This document shows positions 8,771 to 20,069 of a DNA stretch of 55,495 bases, one piece after another (position 1 is the first letter of the stretch; every line of letters begins with the position of its first letter). The stretch is from a virus. Its lineage: Duplodnaviria > Caudoviricetes. The notes under the pieces are model-generated. The model searched no databases, was not told where the DNA came from, and saw nothing but the letters and a program-made list of their open reading frames with translations. Both the position numbers and the translations under genes were made by a program. The DNA lies in the IMG/VR virus record IMGVR_UViG_3300021474_000001, positions 1-55,495 of that record, one strand, 5' to 3'.

Positions 8771-11500
8771 TTACTTGCTAATCACCCCGAAGGCCAGAAA
8801 CCATAACAGACCGGCGAGCGCGGCGCAGCCCAGGACGATGCGGAGCGGGAAGCGGCGGCGCTGGCGGTCGAGGCGCCAAGCATTGGGAGTGGGGCGCGCG
8901 ATTCGATGGTTGATGCACATAGACAGCCTCCGACGACGTGGCGGGTTGAGTCTGCGAATTTCAGCGTGGAGAAGGGCGCGGTGGTTCATGGCTGCTCCTT
9001 GTTGGCTGCTGCTAGGTCGTCGGCTTCAATTACCGCGCGAGCTTCTAAACGGTGCATGATCGGACCCGCACCCCTATCGCGCACCTTGATGGCAAACTCC
9101 CGCAGCCGCGCGACCCGCTCCCTTGTTTCGTCCAACTCGGCGAGGAGGTCTTGAGCCACGATGCGAGCGAATCCGATTAAGACTATTGGCTGTTCGTTAT
9201 CGCCTAGAGCGGCGGCGCGAATCTCAGCTTCCCTAACTTTGGTGAGCATGGGGTGTTATTCTCCTTTGGCGAGGGCTTCGCGGGCGGCCAGCGCCATACA
9301 ACCCGCCTTGTGCGATACAGTCGCCGCATACTCGTCCGAGATTGTTGCGCCGCATTCACCAGCGCCGAATCCCCGACAGGTACACCACCGTTGGTAATTC
9401 TCCAGCGCCGCGCGCAGCCTTTGGATCTCGCGGGCCTGAGCGTCGATAGCATCGGCGGCCTTCGGGCAACCGACATATCCGTGAGAACCTTCACGAAGCC
9501 ATTGGGCCAATTCTCGGTAGTCGGTATCGCTCACTTCGGAATCTCCTTGGGCGCGTCCCTGTGCGTCAGCGGGTTTTGAAAGTTGTGCGCGCTCCTTCAA
9601 CGGTGATCCCTTTATGAAAATGTGCGTTGTGACGTTGGCCGATATCGACGGCTTCCGATTCTGTATCGTAATCAAAGCCTTTCCAATCGCACGCGCGGCA
9701 GACGATTGAGTACTGGTCTTCGGTTTTTACGATGCGAGCAAAAAGATGTTTCTTCATGGACAGTTCTCCTTGGGCGCGTCCCTGTGCATGGCGCGGGCGT
9801 TAGACGGTCTGAATTCGTGTCCCCAAGGCGCGGAGCCTACCGATCCGCCGTAGAGAGGCCCATGAATCGCGGTGTGCTTGTGAAAGCCGCAGACATCGCA
9901 AGAACCGCATCTACACTTCCACGCCTTGCGCGCGAGATAGTAAGGACATTCTTTGAAATCGACAGCGCCTTTACTTTTCGCCATGTTGCGCCTCTCGGTG
10001 CATGGCGAGGATGAATGCTTCGAGCCTGAGCCTGCGCTTGTCGAATGGCGTCATGTGAGGCGCATCGACGAGCACCGACGTTCGCAGCCGCCCGCAGTCC
10101 TCGCAGATAATCTCGATAGGTTCACAGGTCATCAGTCGATCTCCGTGAGTAGCTGCTTAGCCTCGCATCGAAGGCACTGATAGTTGATGCTGCAAACGCA
10201 CGATTGTTTCGCTAGAGCCATAACAGCAGGCAGCATCTTGTCGATTGTGTGGATGGCGAGCGCGAGCGCGGACCAGACCCGATTAGATGCGTATTCGTCG
10301 CCGTTGTCGTCGTGGAGTTCGCGGACTTCGGCCATCGACGCGACATCACCTTTGCCGTCTCGTTTGCTCATTCGCTTTCCTCGTCGCTTGGGGCGTATTT
10401 ATGCGCGGTGTGGGCGAGCCAATCCGTACCGTCGCCGCATTCGGGGCAACAATTAGCGTCGAAACATCCAATCCAAAACACGGCACAGGCATCGCACGAT
10501 AATTCAATCGAGTATGCGGGATCGACAGCGGACAGATTGCCGACATAGCGAAAGCCGCGCGAGTCCTTTTCTCCGATACGCATAACTCACTCCTCCCTCT
10601 CGCAGATAATCTCTATTGGCTGGCAGGTCATGGGGCGGTCGAGAAGGCATCGACGCCATCCTCAACAGGCACGATGCGTAGGCCGGTATCGTAGTCTCTG
10701 CATACGCGATTGACGAGTTCAGGCTTCAAGCCGACCGCGACGAACGCATAGAATGTCCGAAAGAATCCGACCAAATAGACAGCTTTGCATACTTCGTTCA
10801 TCGTCATTTCTCCCATTAGCGCATCAAGTTACAGAGCGTTTCGAGTCTCGCGGTAATGGCGTCGGCGAGCCAGGAGCCGGCCACAAGCGCACCGGCCGCC
10901 AGCATCGCCGTTACCGCCAGATATTCCAGCGTCATTAGTGGGAAGCGGACGCGGTTCATCGCGACTCCTCGACACTCGCGCACACGCGACGAAACGTAGC
11001 AGTCTGGCCGACAGGAAAAGCCGCCGCCAGCATTCCGTAGCTCTTGTCCGCAAAGTCGAAAAAGTAATCGACGGTGACCTTCCCATCAGGCTTCACGGTG
11101 ATCGTCTCGCGCACTTCGGTCAGATTAAGATTCAACATTTTCAAGCCCTCCCAAACAGATCGTTTTGTACCCTCGTGACCTCAGTCTCTAGCTATCTGCT
11201 ATCTCTGCGGACAGTCCCGCCATGCACGATTGGCAGCCTTTTAATTCGATGTCGTATTCGTAGGCGCTTAACTGCAAAGCTTTCTGACGAGAAATCAGCG
11301 CGTCGGCGGCATAAGCAGCGCTAGGCATTCCGCAATATGTATTATTCCGATTGCGACGGCGGATATGGTGCAACGCGATTTGCGGATTATTGTTGCTATA
11401 AGTACTCATCGCGCTAACTCTTGACCCAGCGTGGCGATTGCGAACGAGAAGATCGCGAGTCCAAAAATCCCTAGTGCGATTGTGTCAGCTTTCATTCCCC
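8771..11500 (-). other. Leftward cluster of ~11 small early genes (e.g. 8771-8989, 8986-9249, 9566-9757, 9754-9984, 9971-10132, 10132-10371, 10368-10583, 10628-10816, 10956-11144, 11188-11409), many with CxxC
   Basis: Tightly packed, overlapping start/stop codons and GGAG RBSs on the minus strand. Confidence 0.7.
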
Positions 11501-11557
11501 ATTCCTCCGTTATATTCAGTTTGTACCCTCGTAACCTTCAGACTGGCGAACGCTCTT

Positions 11558-11586
11558 AATCTGACAGAATACGAAATGTATGTCAA
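11558..11586 (-). promoter_or_regulatory. Leftward sigma70 promoter of the early cluster
   Basis: TTGACA-17-CAGATT; -35 lies in inverted repeat TGTCA-N8-TGACA (11581-11598). Confidence 0.65.
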
Positions 11587-11600
11587 GAGCGAATGACAGG

Positions 11601-11634
11601 TTGCAAACATATTTATTTCGTGCCAGTATGGCAC
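11601..11634 (+). promoter_or_regulatory. Rightward promoter with palindrome GTGCCA-gta-TGGCAC over the -10
   Basis: TTGCAA-17-CAGTAT-6-ATG. Confidence 0.55.
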
Positions 11635-11635
11635 T

Positions 11636-11803
11636 ATGAAAATAAAACTGCCCGCCAAGGAAACCGCCACGCGCATCGTCTCGGTTCGCTTCACTCCTGC
11701 CGAGTATCAAGTGATCCTCGCCAAGGCGCACGGCGTCAAACCCGCGACTCTCATCCGCGCCGTCGTTATCCAAGTGCTCAAGGCCGGAATCGAAGTCAAC
11801 TGA
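11636..11803 (+). CDS. RHH regulator, 55 aa, leaderless (not in ORF track)
   Basis: MKIKLPAKETATRIVSVRFTPAEYQVILAKAHGVKPATLIRAVV. Confidence 0.75.
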   Translation: MKIKLPAKETATRIVSVRFTPAEYQVILAKAHGVKPATLIRAVVIQVLKAGIEVN

Positions 11804-11816
11804 GGTAACATTACAA

Positions 11817-12071
11817 ATGAACGAACGATTGAGCGCGGCGCTTCTATTCGCGAGAGACCGGAGTTGGCAGCGTCGTTATTGCGGCATTTGCGGCGTGGGC
11901 GTATGGTTGGGCAAGCGTCGGCTGGCACGCGACCATGATCACAAAACCGGCAAGTTTCGCGGCTATCTGTGCACCAATTGCAATCTCGGCCTTGGTAACT
12001 TCAAAGACGATGTTCGTATCCTCCGCTCCGCTATCGACTATCTCTCGGAGACGCAAACCCTCGCATTCTGA
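11817..12071 (+). CDS. Endonuclease VII-like (His-Me finger) nuclease
   Basis: CGICG...DHDHKTGKFRGYLCTNCNLGLG.FKDD...L..AIDYL. Confidence 0.9.
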   Translation: MNERLSAALLFARDRSWQRRYCGICGVGVWLGKRRLARDHDHKTGKFRGYLCTNCNLGLGNFKDDVRILRSAIDYLSETQTLAF

Positions 12072-12717
12072 AATCCTTTACCCCATACGGGCTTTCGCCA
12101 GTGCGCTTTGACTCACAGACGGGCACGCGAGCGCGACAGCGACTTGCAGGGCTCGGTCGCGCAAAGTATTGGCGGTCACGTGACTGGGCCAATCTGAAGG
12201 CGGCGTGGATAGCGCGCGACGCGTGGACGGCACGATACCGCGAACTACGCGCACAGGGCGTGAGCATCAAGCAAGCGCGCGAATTAGCCAAGCTTCACTG
12301 ACCGCGCGGACAGTCCAATGGCCGGCGTCCTTGGGGCATGGTGCCCGGTCAAAGCAACCCCTTGATTCAATCCAGCTCGCGACCTCGATCGCGGGCGCTC
12401 TTCGATCGGGAATCCGCGGCGCCCGCTCTCGTCCTGGCAGTCAGCGCCGGCGGGCAAAGTCCGAGCCTGCTCCGACCGGTGGCGTCCCCCTTGGCTTGAC
12501 AGCAACAAACCCCGACACCCGCCTTGGGGTTGACAAGGTGTCACGTTACTTGATAAGGGGTGTGGATGGCTGACGAAGAAGAAGGGACGTGTTCATGCAT
12601 TCCTCCCGAAATTGATGCGCGGTGGGCGACGATGACGCCAGACGAACGCTACCCCTACGTCGTGCGCCATATGGATCACGTGATGAAAGAGGTTCTCGCG
12701 CCGAGTGCGTTTTCCAA

Positions 12718-12990
12718 ATGGCTTACCAGAGAAAAAGTGTAAGGCTCTTCGCCCTGCTCGCGCTGCTCCTCGTGTCCGCCCCGCTGTACGCGCAGACGAC
12801 GATCTGTCAGGGGTGCTGCTGCATGGGGTTGGCGCCGGACGGGAGCAGTTGGGGGATGTACAAGAACGTGGGCGGGAAGGCGGGGTGTTACCAGGGGCAG
12901 GTGTGGCCGGTGAAGGGGGCGACGAGTACGGCGACCAAGACTTCCACGCCGAGTCCGAAGGCGACGCCGACCGCGACGAGGACGCCGTGA
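12718..12990 (+). CDS. Small exported Cys-rich protein with Thr/Pro tail
   Basis: RLFALLALLLVSAPLYA signal peptide; CQGCCC; TSTATKTSTPSPKATPT. Confidence 0.6.
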   Translation: MAYQRKSVRLFALLALLLVSAPLYAQTTICQGCCCMGLAPDGSSWGMYKNVGGKAGCYQGQVWPVKGATSTATKTSTPSPKATPTATRTP

Positions 12991-13163
12991 GCGACCTCCC
13001 CCCGATCCTGACTACGCCGGAAGTAGCCGCATGGCTGAAGATGCACTACACGACGGTATATCGGTTAGTGAGAGCGGGGAGGATACCGGCATTTAGAATC
13101 GGGAGTGATTGGCGCTTCGATTCATCGAAATTGAAAGCGTGGAGCGAGGACTGGGGCAAGTAG
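12987..13163 (+). CDS. Excisionase-like (HTH_17) DNA-binding protein
   Basis: ILTTPEVAAWLKMHYTTVYRLVRAGRIPAFRIGSDWRF. Confidence 0.88.
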   Translation: MSDLPPILTTPEVAAWLKMHYTTVYRLVRAGRIPAFRIGSDWRFDSSKLKAWSEDWGK

Positions 13164-13466
13164 ATGGTGTTCCGCCCGGCCAACCCCGTCACGATTACCT
13201 GCGAGTGGTGCGGTCTGGAAAAGACGCTGAAGGCGGCGCGGTCGAAGAGGGACGGGACGTTCTGCGGGCGGAAGTGCTCGGTGGCGTGGCACCGGCAGAA
13301 GGACGCGGAGACGACCTGGCGGCTGATGGAATTAACGCGGCTATTGTGGGAGAGTCGGCCGAAGGAGTTCAAGTTCCAGCCGAAGGAGTTTCCGGGGCTA
13401 GCGCAGTTTCGGGTGGAGATGAACGCGACCGGCAAGTGGGTAAGGGAGATCAGCGATGCAGGATGA
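13164..13466 (+). CDS. Zn-finger hypothetical protein
   Basis: CEWCG...FCGRKC. Confidence 0.6.
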   Translation: MVFRPANPVTITCEWCGLEKTLKAARSKRDGTFCGRKCSVAWHRQKDAETTWRLMELTRLLWESRPKEFKFQPKEFPGLAQFRVEMNATGKWVREISDAG

Positions 13467-13654
13467 TATCGAAACAGGCCAAGAACTGTGGGACGCTCTT
13501 ACTGGATTGCCTGATCGCCTAGAGCGTTGGAAGCGAGCGATGGAAAATCGCGACCGCAAACGACAGCGAGCGCAACGGCTATTCTTCGCAGAAGCCCGAT
13601 ACTTAGGTACAGTTCGATATATTCTTGCCCGTCTCAGTCAACGGATAAATCGAA

Positions 13655-14338
13655 ATGCCCCAGTGGGTTGATGCGCCGCCGGTGACGCCGGACATAGTAG
13701 CGAGAGGAGTACCGACGATGAGCGCAGGCGGCGGCAAAGAGATTCACTTCGATTCGAGCGCGTTGCGGGCGCAGTACGATGGTGGCGGAACGGCGCAGGT
13801 GCCAGTCACGGACCCCGCTTACGTGCCGGAGATCGTGACGGGGCCGACGCCGACGCCGCAGCAACTCGCCGAGAACATTCCGCCCGATGTGTTGAAGGCG
13901 ATGGCGAACGGGGGCACGCCGAGTCCCGAGTCGCTTCGGCTGATGATGTCGCAGAATCTTCAGCCCGTGAATAACCGCGGAGTGGATGGCGGACCCGCAC
14001 CGTTTCAACCGCCCTTCATGCGCCCGCCGCAAAACATGATGGAACGCAGCGCCGTCGAACTCACCATCCCGGTCGGCAACGGCGTGACGGCGCGCGTCAC
14101 CTTCACGTCGCAGCCGGCGCGCATCCACTGGCGCAAATTAATCAGGCATCTCGAAATCGAAGCGGAGGACGCCGATGAAAGCGTACCCAGTCAGCAACCG
14201 GACCTCGTTGCGCTCGCGGATGCAGCATTACGACGAGCCGGGCCTAACGCCGGGCATCAAGAAACTCCACAGCCTAAGAGACGAAGCCGCCGCCCGAAAG
14301 CCGCGGTGGAGGCGAATCCTGAAAAGGCTGGCGAGTAG
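13655..14338 (+). CDS. Pro-rich hypothetical protein
   Basis: 227-aa ORF with GC3-biased codons. Confidence 0.65.
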   Translation: MPQWVDAPPVTPDIVARGVPTMSAGGGKEIHFDSSALRAQYDGGGTAQVPVTDPAYVPEIVTGPTPTPQQLAENIPPDVLKAMANGGTPSPESLRLMMSQNLQPVNNRGVDGGPAPFQPPFMRPPQNMMERSAVELTIPVGNGVTARVTFTSQPARIHWRKLIRHLEIEAEDADESVPSQQPDLVALADAALRRAGPNAGHQETPQPKRRSRRPKAAVEANPEKAGE

Positions 14339-15030
14339 CATCGGTATCTCGACCTTCTCCGCGCTCCTCATGCCGGTGCCGAACATGCAACTACAAACCT
14401 GCCTCGCGCGCTTCGACGGCTCGGTGATGGAAGTGCGCTGCGACTCGAGTCGCGTCTGTCCGCCGGGGTATCATCTCGACACGCATCTGAATCGCTTCGG
14501 CGGCGGCGCTGACCTCTCGACGCTCTTCGGCTACGGCGACGTGAAGAATACCTGCCTGCTCGGTGCCGTCGTGCATCAGCCCAATCAGGTGATGGAGGTG
14601 CTGCCGTGAAAGCGAAGCGCAAGTGCCCGGAATGTGGTGGCCGATTGGGACCGATGAAACCTGCTGGTGAAGCTTGCATAATTAGGCGACCATCAGCAAA
14701 TGGTCTTTATGCGACCTGCGAGAAGTGCCATCGCATGTGGAGCGACGAGGGACTGCGCGAATCGGCGCAGGAGGCGGCATAATGGATCTGCCCCTCTGCG
14801 AAAACTTCGAGCGCGGCCAGTGCCCGAAATCCGACGTGAAGCACTACGGCGATCACGGCACTCCGCAGGCCCGTTGGTATTCGACCTTCGGCTGCAAGAC
14901 CTGCAAGTTGCTCTTCATCAAGTGGGAGCCGAAGATGTTGGAAGCCGCGAAGAAACAGCAACTCGACAAAGAGTTAGGAAATCTCGTCAATCCTGATCGC
15001 TTTAAGGGTTACGGCAACTAGGAGTCGGTA

Positions 15031-15408
15031 ATGGCAAAACACGCGCACACAGAAATCCCCGAAATCGATCCCCACTCCCCCGAAGGCGTCATCGAGATGC
15101 TCCGCAACTGGGAGCAGTCCCATCTCGCTACAATTGACGCCAAGCAGCAGAACGTCGAGTACGGCATAGTCTCCGGCGAGATGCAGAAAATCGGCGAGCG
15201 CTGCAACCGCCGTCTCGTTCAGGCTACGTCCGGCACCTGCGGCGGCTGTCACAAGCCGCTCGCCAACGTCCGCATCTTCAACCAGGTATCGGTGTTCAAC
15301 CGGAATACCGGCAAGTTCGACGAGATGTACGCCTGTAGCTCGCGCTGCTCGGACAAACTGATCGACCTCCAGCACAAGAACGCGGTCGCGCAGCAGCAGG
15401 AAAGCTAG
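15031..15408 (+). CDS. Zn-binding hypothetical protein upstream of terminase
   Basis: AGGAG RBS; CGGC...CSSRC. Confidence 0.65.
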   Translation: MAKHAHTEIPEIDPHSPEGVIEMLRNWEQSHLATIDAKQQNVEYGIVSGEMQKIGERCNRRLVQATSGTCGGCHKPLANVRIFNQVSVFNRNTGKFDEMYACSSRCSDKLIDLQHKNAVAQQQES

Positions 15409-15413
15409 ACCGA

Positions 15414-17246
15414 TTGTCCCTTATAGATTTCAGGAAGTTACCCCACTGGTTCTCGACAGTGTACCGACTGGAAGATCGTTTCCAGCCGCACATCTTCGTT
15501 CCCTTCGCGCCCAATCAGGCGCAAAAAGACTTCCTCGAACTCTGCGCTCAGGTTCAGGATCAGAAGCAACTCGTCTGGATCATCGCCATCAAACCCCGCC
15601 GTGTCGGTCTGTCGCGCGTCATCACTGGAGTTGGCACGTCGATGGCGTTCTTCCAGAAGGGCTTGCAGGGCATCGTCATGGCTCAACTCGGTTCGACGCT
15701 CGGCAAGATCATGAAGTCGTATTCGATCATGGCGCACGGACTGCCGGGGAAGGTGCGCACCGAGTACACGGCATCGGGTAAGGGCGGCCGCGAAGTGTCG
15801 GCGCTGAATATCGGCGCCGGACGCAGACCGTCAATTATCGCGGGATCGAAAGCTCTAGCGACCGGCGAGGGCCGCGGTGACGCCGCCCAGTTTATGCAAC
15901 TCACCGAAGCCGCTCACTATCCGCCGCAGTCGCCGTTCACCGCAATGCTGCCGATTGTTCCTCGATCGCTCGACACGTTCGTCGGCATCGAGAGTACGCC
16001 GTCGCCCGACCGCCGCGGCGTCGCGTTCAAGGAAATGTGGGAGCAGGCCCGCTGGGTCAAGGACAAGCGTCGCGACGCGCTCTTCGTCCGCTACTTCTGC
16101 CCGTGGATGAAAGACCCATACGCCTACGCCGATCCGAGCATCGTGAAGATGGGCGACCTCGACAACGACGAGAAGGCGCTGATGGCGGACGGCGTGGAAC
16201 GCGCGCAAATCGCGTGGCGCCGCATGGAGATACGCGGGCGCTATCGCGGCAAGAAGGAACTCTTCGAGCAGGAGAATCCGTCCGACCCGATGAGTTGCTT
16301 CCTGCAAACCGAAATGCCCGCGTTCTCCGCCGAGGAACGCGCCTTCGCGAAACTCCACCTTCAGGTGCCGCCGAAAATCGGCATCGGCTCGTTCGTGCCG
16401 TCCAACACGCAGAGTCAGTTTCCGATCACGATCAGGATTTCCGACAACGGCCTGTGGAGAATTTATGAAGAGCCGCAAAAGCAGTGCGAGTACTATATCG
16501 GGGTGGACGCCGCTCGTGGCTATGACGGGTTCCGAGGTGGTGACGAGAATCGTGTCACGGACTTCGCGGCGATCGTCGTCGTCAACGGGTCCACCTGTGC
16601 TACTGCGGCAGTTTTGGAAGGTCGTATTCCCCCTGATCGAGTCGCACGAGAGGTTGCCTTGGCAGGTAAATTCTATCGCACGCTCGAAATCAGCGAGTAC
16701 CAGTACGCGCTGCTCAACATCGCGATCACGGACGGCTTCGGCAACGAAGTCCTCCGAAGGGTGAAAAACGATTTTGATTATCCTATCCATCGTTTCCTTC
16801 GTTGGCGCGGCCGTGATGACCGCATACACAATCGCCCTGGCCAGAATATTGGGTGGATCGATACTGCTTCCACCAACGACATCCGAATCTCGACGTTCCG
16901 CATCGCGCTCGAAAACCAAATCTTCATCTGCCGCGACGAGCGGCTGATCGAGCAGATTCAGATCGCGTCTATGGAAGGCACAGACGCCGAAGTCGCTCGG
17001 GGCCACGACGACGTGCTCGACGCGACGATGTACGCATGGATCGCGAGAGACATGGAGCGCCCGCGCGCCAACATCGAGCCCGAGCAGAGCGAGACAGTCG
17101 CGCAGCGCATGATGATCAAGATGGCGAACGACCCGACCGCGATCTTCGCGCAGTTCAACCGGCAGTTAGAAGCGATGAAGCGGCCTACTAAATCCAGTGC
17201 CGCCGATCAGATCGTCCGGCATATTAATGGAGATACATTCGTCTAA
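15414..17246 (+). CDS. terL: Terminase large subunit
   Basis: PNQAQ, KPRRVGLS (Walker A), QLTEAAHY (Walker B), IESTP, IGVDAA and HDDVLDA nuclease motifs. Confidence 0.92.
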   Translation: MSLIDFRKLPHWFSTVYRLEDRFQPHIFVPFAPNQAQKDFLELCAQVQDQKQLVWIIAIKPRRVGLSRVITGVGTSMAFFQKGLQGIVMAQLGSTLGKIMKSYSIMAHGLPGKVRTEYTASGKGGREVSALNIGAGRRPSIIAGSKALATGEGRGDAAQFMQLTEAAHYPPQSPFTAMLPIVPRSLDTFVGIESTPSPDRRGVAFKEMWEQARWVKDKRRDALFVRYFCPWMKDPYAYADPSIVKMGDLDNDEKALMADGVERAQIAWRRMEIRGRYRGKKELFEQENPSDPMSCFLQTEMPAFSAEERAFAKLHLQVPPKIGIGSFVPSNTQSQFPITIRISDNGLWRIYEEPQKQCEYYIGVDAARGYDGFRGGDENRVTDFAAIVVVNGSTCATAAVLEGRIPPDRVAREVALAGKFYRTLEISEYQYALLNIAITDGFGNEVLRRVKNDFDYPIHRFLRWRGRDDRIHNRPGQNIGWIDTASTNDIRISTFRIALENQIFICRDERLIEQIQIASMEGTDAEVARGHDDVLDATMYAWIARDMERPRANIEPEQSETVAQRMMIKMANDPTAIFAQFNRQLEAMKRPTKSSAADQIVRHINGDTFV

Positions 17247-17833
17247 TGGCTGATGCACCACCAACTCTAGGAACCGGCGCACTTCAACGCAGTGTCGCCG
17301 CCGCTCGTGCCGGAGCCGGAGCAGCATCGCGCATCGCTCCCGCACCGCCGCCCGACCAGACAGAATCGCCGTGGGCCGGACATCGAGAGCCGCGACCGCA
17401 AACTCTTGATGATGAACGCAAGCAGGCAGCGGTTGCCGCCGTCACCGCACCGCCGCGCAAACACAAGAACGCCAAGGCCGGCAAGAAAGCCGACGACGGC
17501 TTCGAGTTGGTGGACGCCTTCCTCGACGAGTGGACGAAGAACGTCACCAAGCACAACATCGGATACGCCAACGGCAGACTCGCGCGTCGCCTCGTCCGTA
17601 ACGGTGCTCTGCTCATCAAGCAGGAATACAAAATCGACCAGCTTGCCGCGCTCATCCGGCTCGGCAACGAACTGGTGAAGAACACAATCGACGAAGGCGA
17701 CGAGGACAAGCGCATCGAACAGATCAGGGTAGCGGCATTGTCGCGAACTGATATGACAAGTACGGTGCCGGAGAACGCAAACGCAGGCGAAGAAGAGCCG
17801 CCAGATGAGGGAGAGGACGACAGTGCCGACTAG
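17246..17833 (+). CDS. Hypothetical protein between terminase and portal
   Basis: TAATG-coupled to terL. Confidence 0.65.
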   Translation: MADAPPTLGTGALQRSVAAARAGAGAASRIAPAPPPDQTESPWAGHREPRPQTLDDERKQAAVAAVTAPPRKHKNAKAGKKADDGFELVDAFLDEWTKNVTKHNIGYANGRLARRLVRNGALLIKQEYKIDQLAALIRLGNELVKNTIDEGDEDKRIEQIRVAALSRTDMTSTVPENANAGEEEPPDEGEDDSAD

Positions 17834-18161
17834 AAAAGAAATCGTGGACGAACTCGACGACGACCTCAAGGAAATTCTCACCGACGTTGACGCGGCGAAA
17901 GCGTGGACGCGCACCGCCATGCGGATCGCCGACGCACTCGAACATCAGACCATCTCGCAAGTGCTCACGCAGTTGGGAATGATGGGGTTCAAGGTGAAGA
18001 ACCTCCCCGCCGCGAAACATCTCGGCACCTGTCCGACGTGCCTCATCGTGAAGAGCGCGGAACCGCCGAGCGACATCGCGTCACCGAATGGCGGTATCCC
18101 GATCATCGGTCGCAAGGGCAACTAACTTGCCGAAACATCGAGCGTAGCGTACAAGTTCGAC

Positions 18162-19904
18162 ATGGCATCTACGCCAATGGTCCGAGGCTCGCGCGACGAG
18201 CAAGCTACTTTCACGATTGAAGAAGAGCGCGATGCCAGTTTCATCGACGATCTAATTCAGATCAGCGAGGACCATCGCACCGAGGCGCAAGGGCCGAACT
18301 ACAATGAATGGGTAAAAGAATTCTTTTTGTTTCGTCCGGCCTTCTGGCAGCCCCAGCTCGAATATCAGATCAAACTCCGAATGCCCGACCTGCAAACTCT
18401 CGTCATGCAGGAAGCCTCCGACCTCACCGACGTATCGCCGATCTTTTTCGTCACGCGCGACGGCAAGCGGCAGAAGGCCCGCGAGAAAGCGTTTCAGGCG
18501 AATTGGGACAAGAACAACTTTCAGCTTGAATGGTTCAAGGCGGAACTCAACGCGCTGCTCTGCCACACCGGATTCATCGAGATAGTTACCGACTCGACTG
18601 CCCCTCGTTCCGTCCGCATCCGTTCGCGCTCGCCGCAGAATATCTTTCCCGACCCCTTCGCGACCGACTGGTGCGACTGGGAGTACATCGTCATTCGCGT
18701 GCCGATGGCGCCGGACGAGATAGTTAGGATGTTTCCGCACGCTGCGGATCGGTTGCCCGGACTGCTCGCCGAGCATCAACGCGATATGTACTTGGAATCG
18801 CGACTCGGCGGCGTACTTGGCTCAGGACCGATGGCGATAGAACTTCCGCCAGGTGCGATGCAGTCGGTGGCGATTGGTCGTCCGCCCGGTGCGAACGACT
18901 ACCTCTCGGTCGATTACGTTTACATCAAGGACGACTCGCGCGAGAACGTCGTGCGAGAGATTCAAGGATCGAAGAATGCAGGCGGCGTGCTACCACCGCC
19001 CGATACCTTGATGAAGTATCCGACCGGGCGACTCATCGTTCGTACCGGTAAACTCAAATTGTGGGACGGCCCGAATCAGTATCGCGAATTCCCCATCGTG
19101 CCGGTCTTTGCGCTGCCGCCGATTTACGGCGTGTGGGGAACGCCGCCGGTTCAGTATTTGATCCAGATGCAGCACCTCGCCGAGTCGATGGCATCGCAGG
19201 TTGCCGAGAATCAGATTCGCACGAACTATCAGTACCGCGTGTACCAGGACGGCGCGATTCTGAATCCCGACAACCTCGATAAATTGGGCGGCTCGATTCG
19301 CGTCAAGTCGGCGGACGACGTGTCGAAGGTGTTGAAGTTCGTCGGCCCCGGTCAGATGGGTAGCGAGCAGTATAAATTCTCGAACGACATTCTTTCGCAC
19401 ATGGCACGGTTATTCGGCTACACGCCGGAGCGTCAAGGCAGTTCGGGCGCAGGTAACATTTCGCCGGGATTGATGGATGCGCAGGTTGTCAACGCGCAGG
19501 CGATCACGCGAATGCGCGCGAGGCTTCTAGCCGACTCCGTACAGCATGCAGGGCGCCGCGTATTCGAGACGATGGTCGATTGGCTCGACGACAGCATCTT
19601 CCATCAGAGTTTCAACGGCGATTTCCGCACGGCGGCGTGGGAAGGCGTGCCGCTCGAACAGTTACAAAACTGGGAAGTAACCCTCGACGCTGACAGTCTC
19701 AAGCCGATGTCCGCATCGTCGGCGAAACAACTCGTACCGACGTTGCTCAACCTCGACGCGATCACGAAGCGCATGGCGCTCAAGATGTTGGGCGTGCCGG
19801 GCGCGGACGACATTGCCGACGCAAAGGAATCTCAGGAACAGATGGCGCAACTAGCCGCGATCGCTCAGGGCGCGAAGGGCGGGAAAGGTGGAGGTAAGAA
19901 GTGA
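18162..19904 (+). CDS. Portal protein (P22/podovirus-like)
   Basis: 580 aa; SPQNIFPDPFA, FPIVP...WG; position after terL. Confidence 0.85.
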   Translation: MASTPMVRGSRDEQATFTIEEERDASFIDDLIQISEDHRTEAQGPNYNEWVKEFFLFRPAFWQPQLEYQIKLRMPDLQTLVMQEASDLTDVSPIFFVTRDGKRQKAREKAFQANWDKNNFQLEWFKAELNALLCHTGFIEIVTDSTAPRSVRIRSRSPQNIFPDPFATDWCDWEYIVIRVPMAPDEIVRMFPHAADRLPGLLAEHQRDMYLESRLGGVLGSGPMAIELPPGAMQSVAIGRPPGANDYLSVDYVYIKDDSRENVVREIQGSKNAGGVLPPPDTLMKYPTGRLIVRTGKLKLWDGPNQYREFPIVPVFALPPIYGVWGTPPVQYLIQMQHLAESMASQVAENQIRTNYQYRVYQDGAILNPDNLDKLGGSIRVKSADDVSKVLKFVGPGQMGSEQYKFSNDILSHMARLFGYTPERQGSSGAGNISPGLMDAQVVNAQAITRMRARLLADSVQHAGRRVFETMVDWLDDSIFHQSFNGDFRTAAWEGVPLEQLQNWEVTLDADSLKPMSASSAKQLVPTLLNLDAITKRMALKMLGVPGADDIADAKESQEQMAQLAAIAQGAKGGKGGGKK

Positions 19905-20039
19905 CGAATCGAGAAGCAGCGCAGACCGACGCTAACTTCCGACGCGCGTGCGAGGTCGCCGGTGTCTATCCGAGTCGTAATCAGTACCGAAAATGGAAGT
20001 ACGGTCGCGGTGCCGCGCGATTAGCACAGCAGGCGGTAG

Positions 20040-20069
20040 TTGACAATCACCGCAATAACGGAATACAAA
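20040..20069 (+). promoter_or_regulatory. Possible sigma70 promoter
   Basis: TTGACA-18-TACAAA. Confidence 0.45.

Noticed and set aside
7536-12071. Restriction-modification pair (MTase plus endonuclease VII-like gene)
   Set aside because: The genes are unlinked and in different operons; both are common stand-alone phage genes
15031-17833. Small terminase assignment to a gene flanking terL
   Set aside because: No recognisable TerS motif in either neighbour
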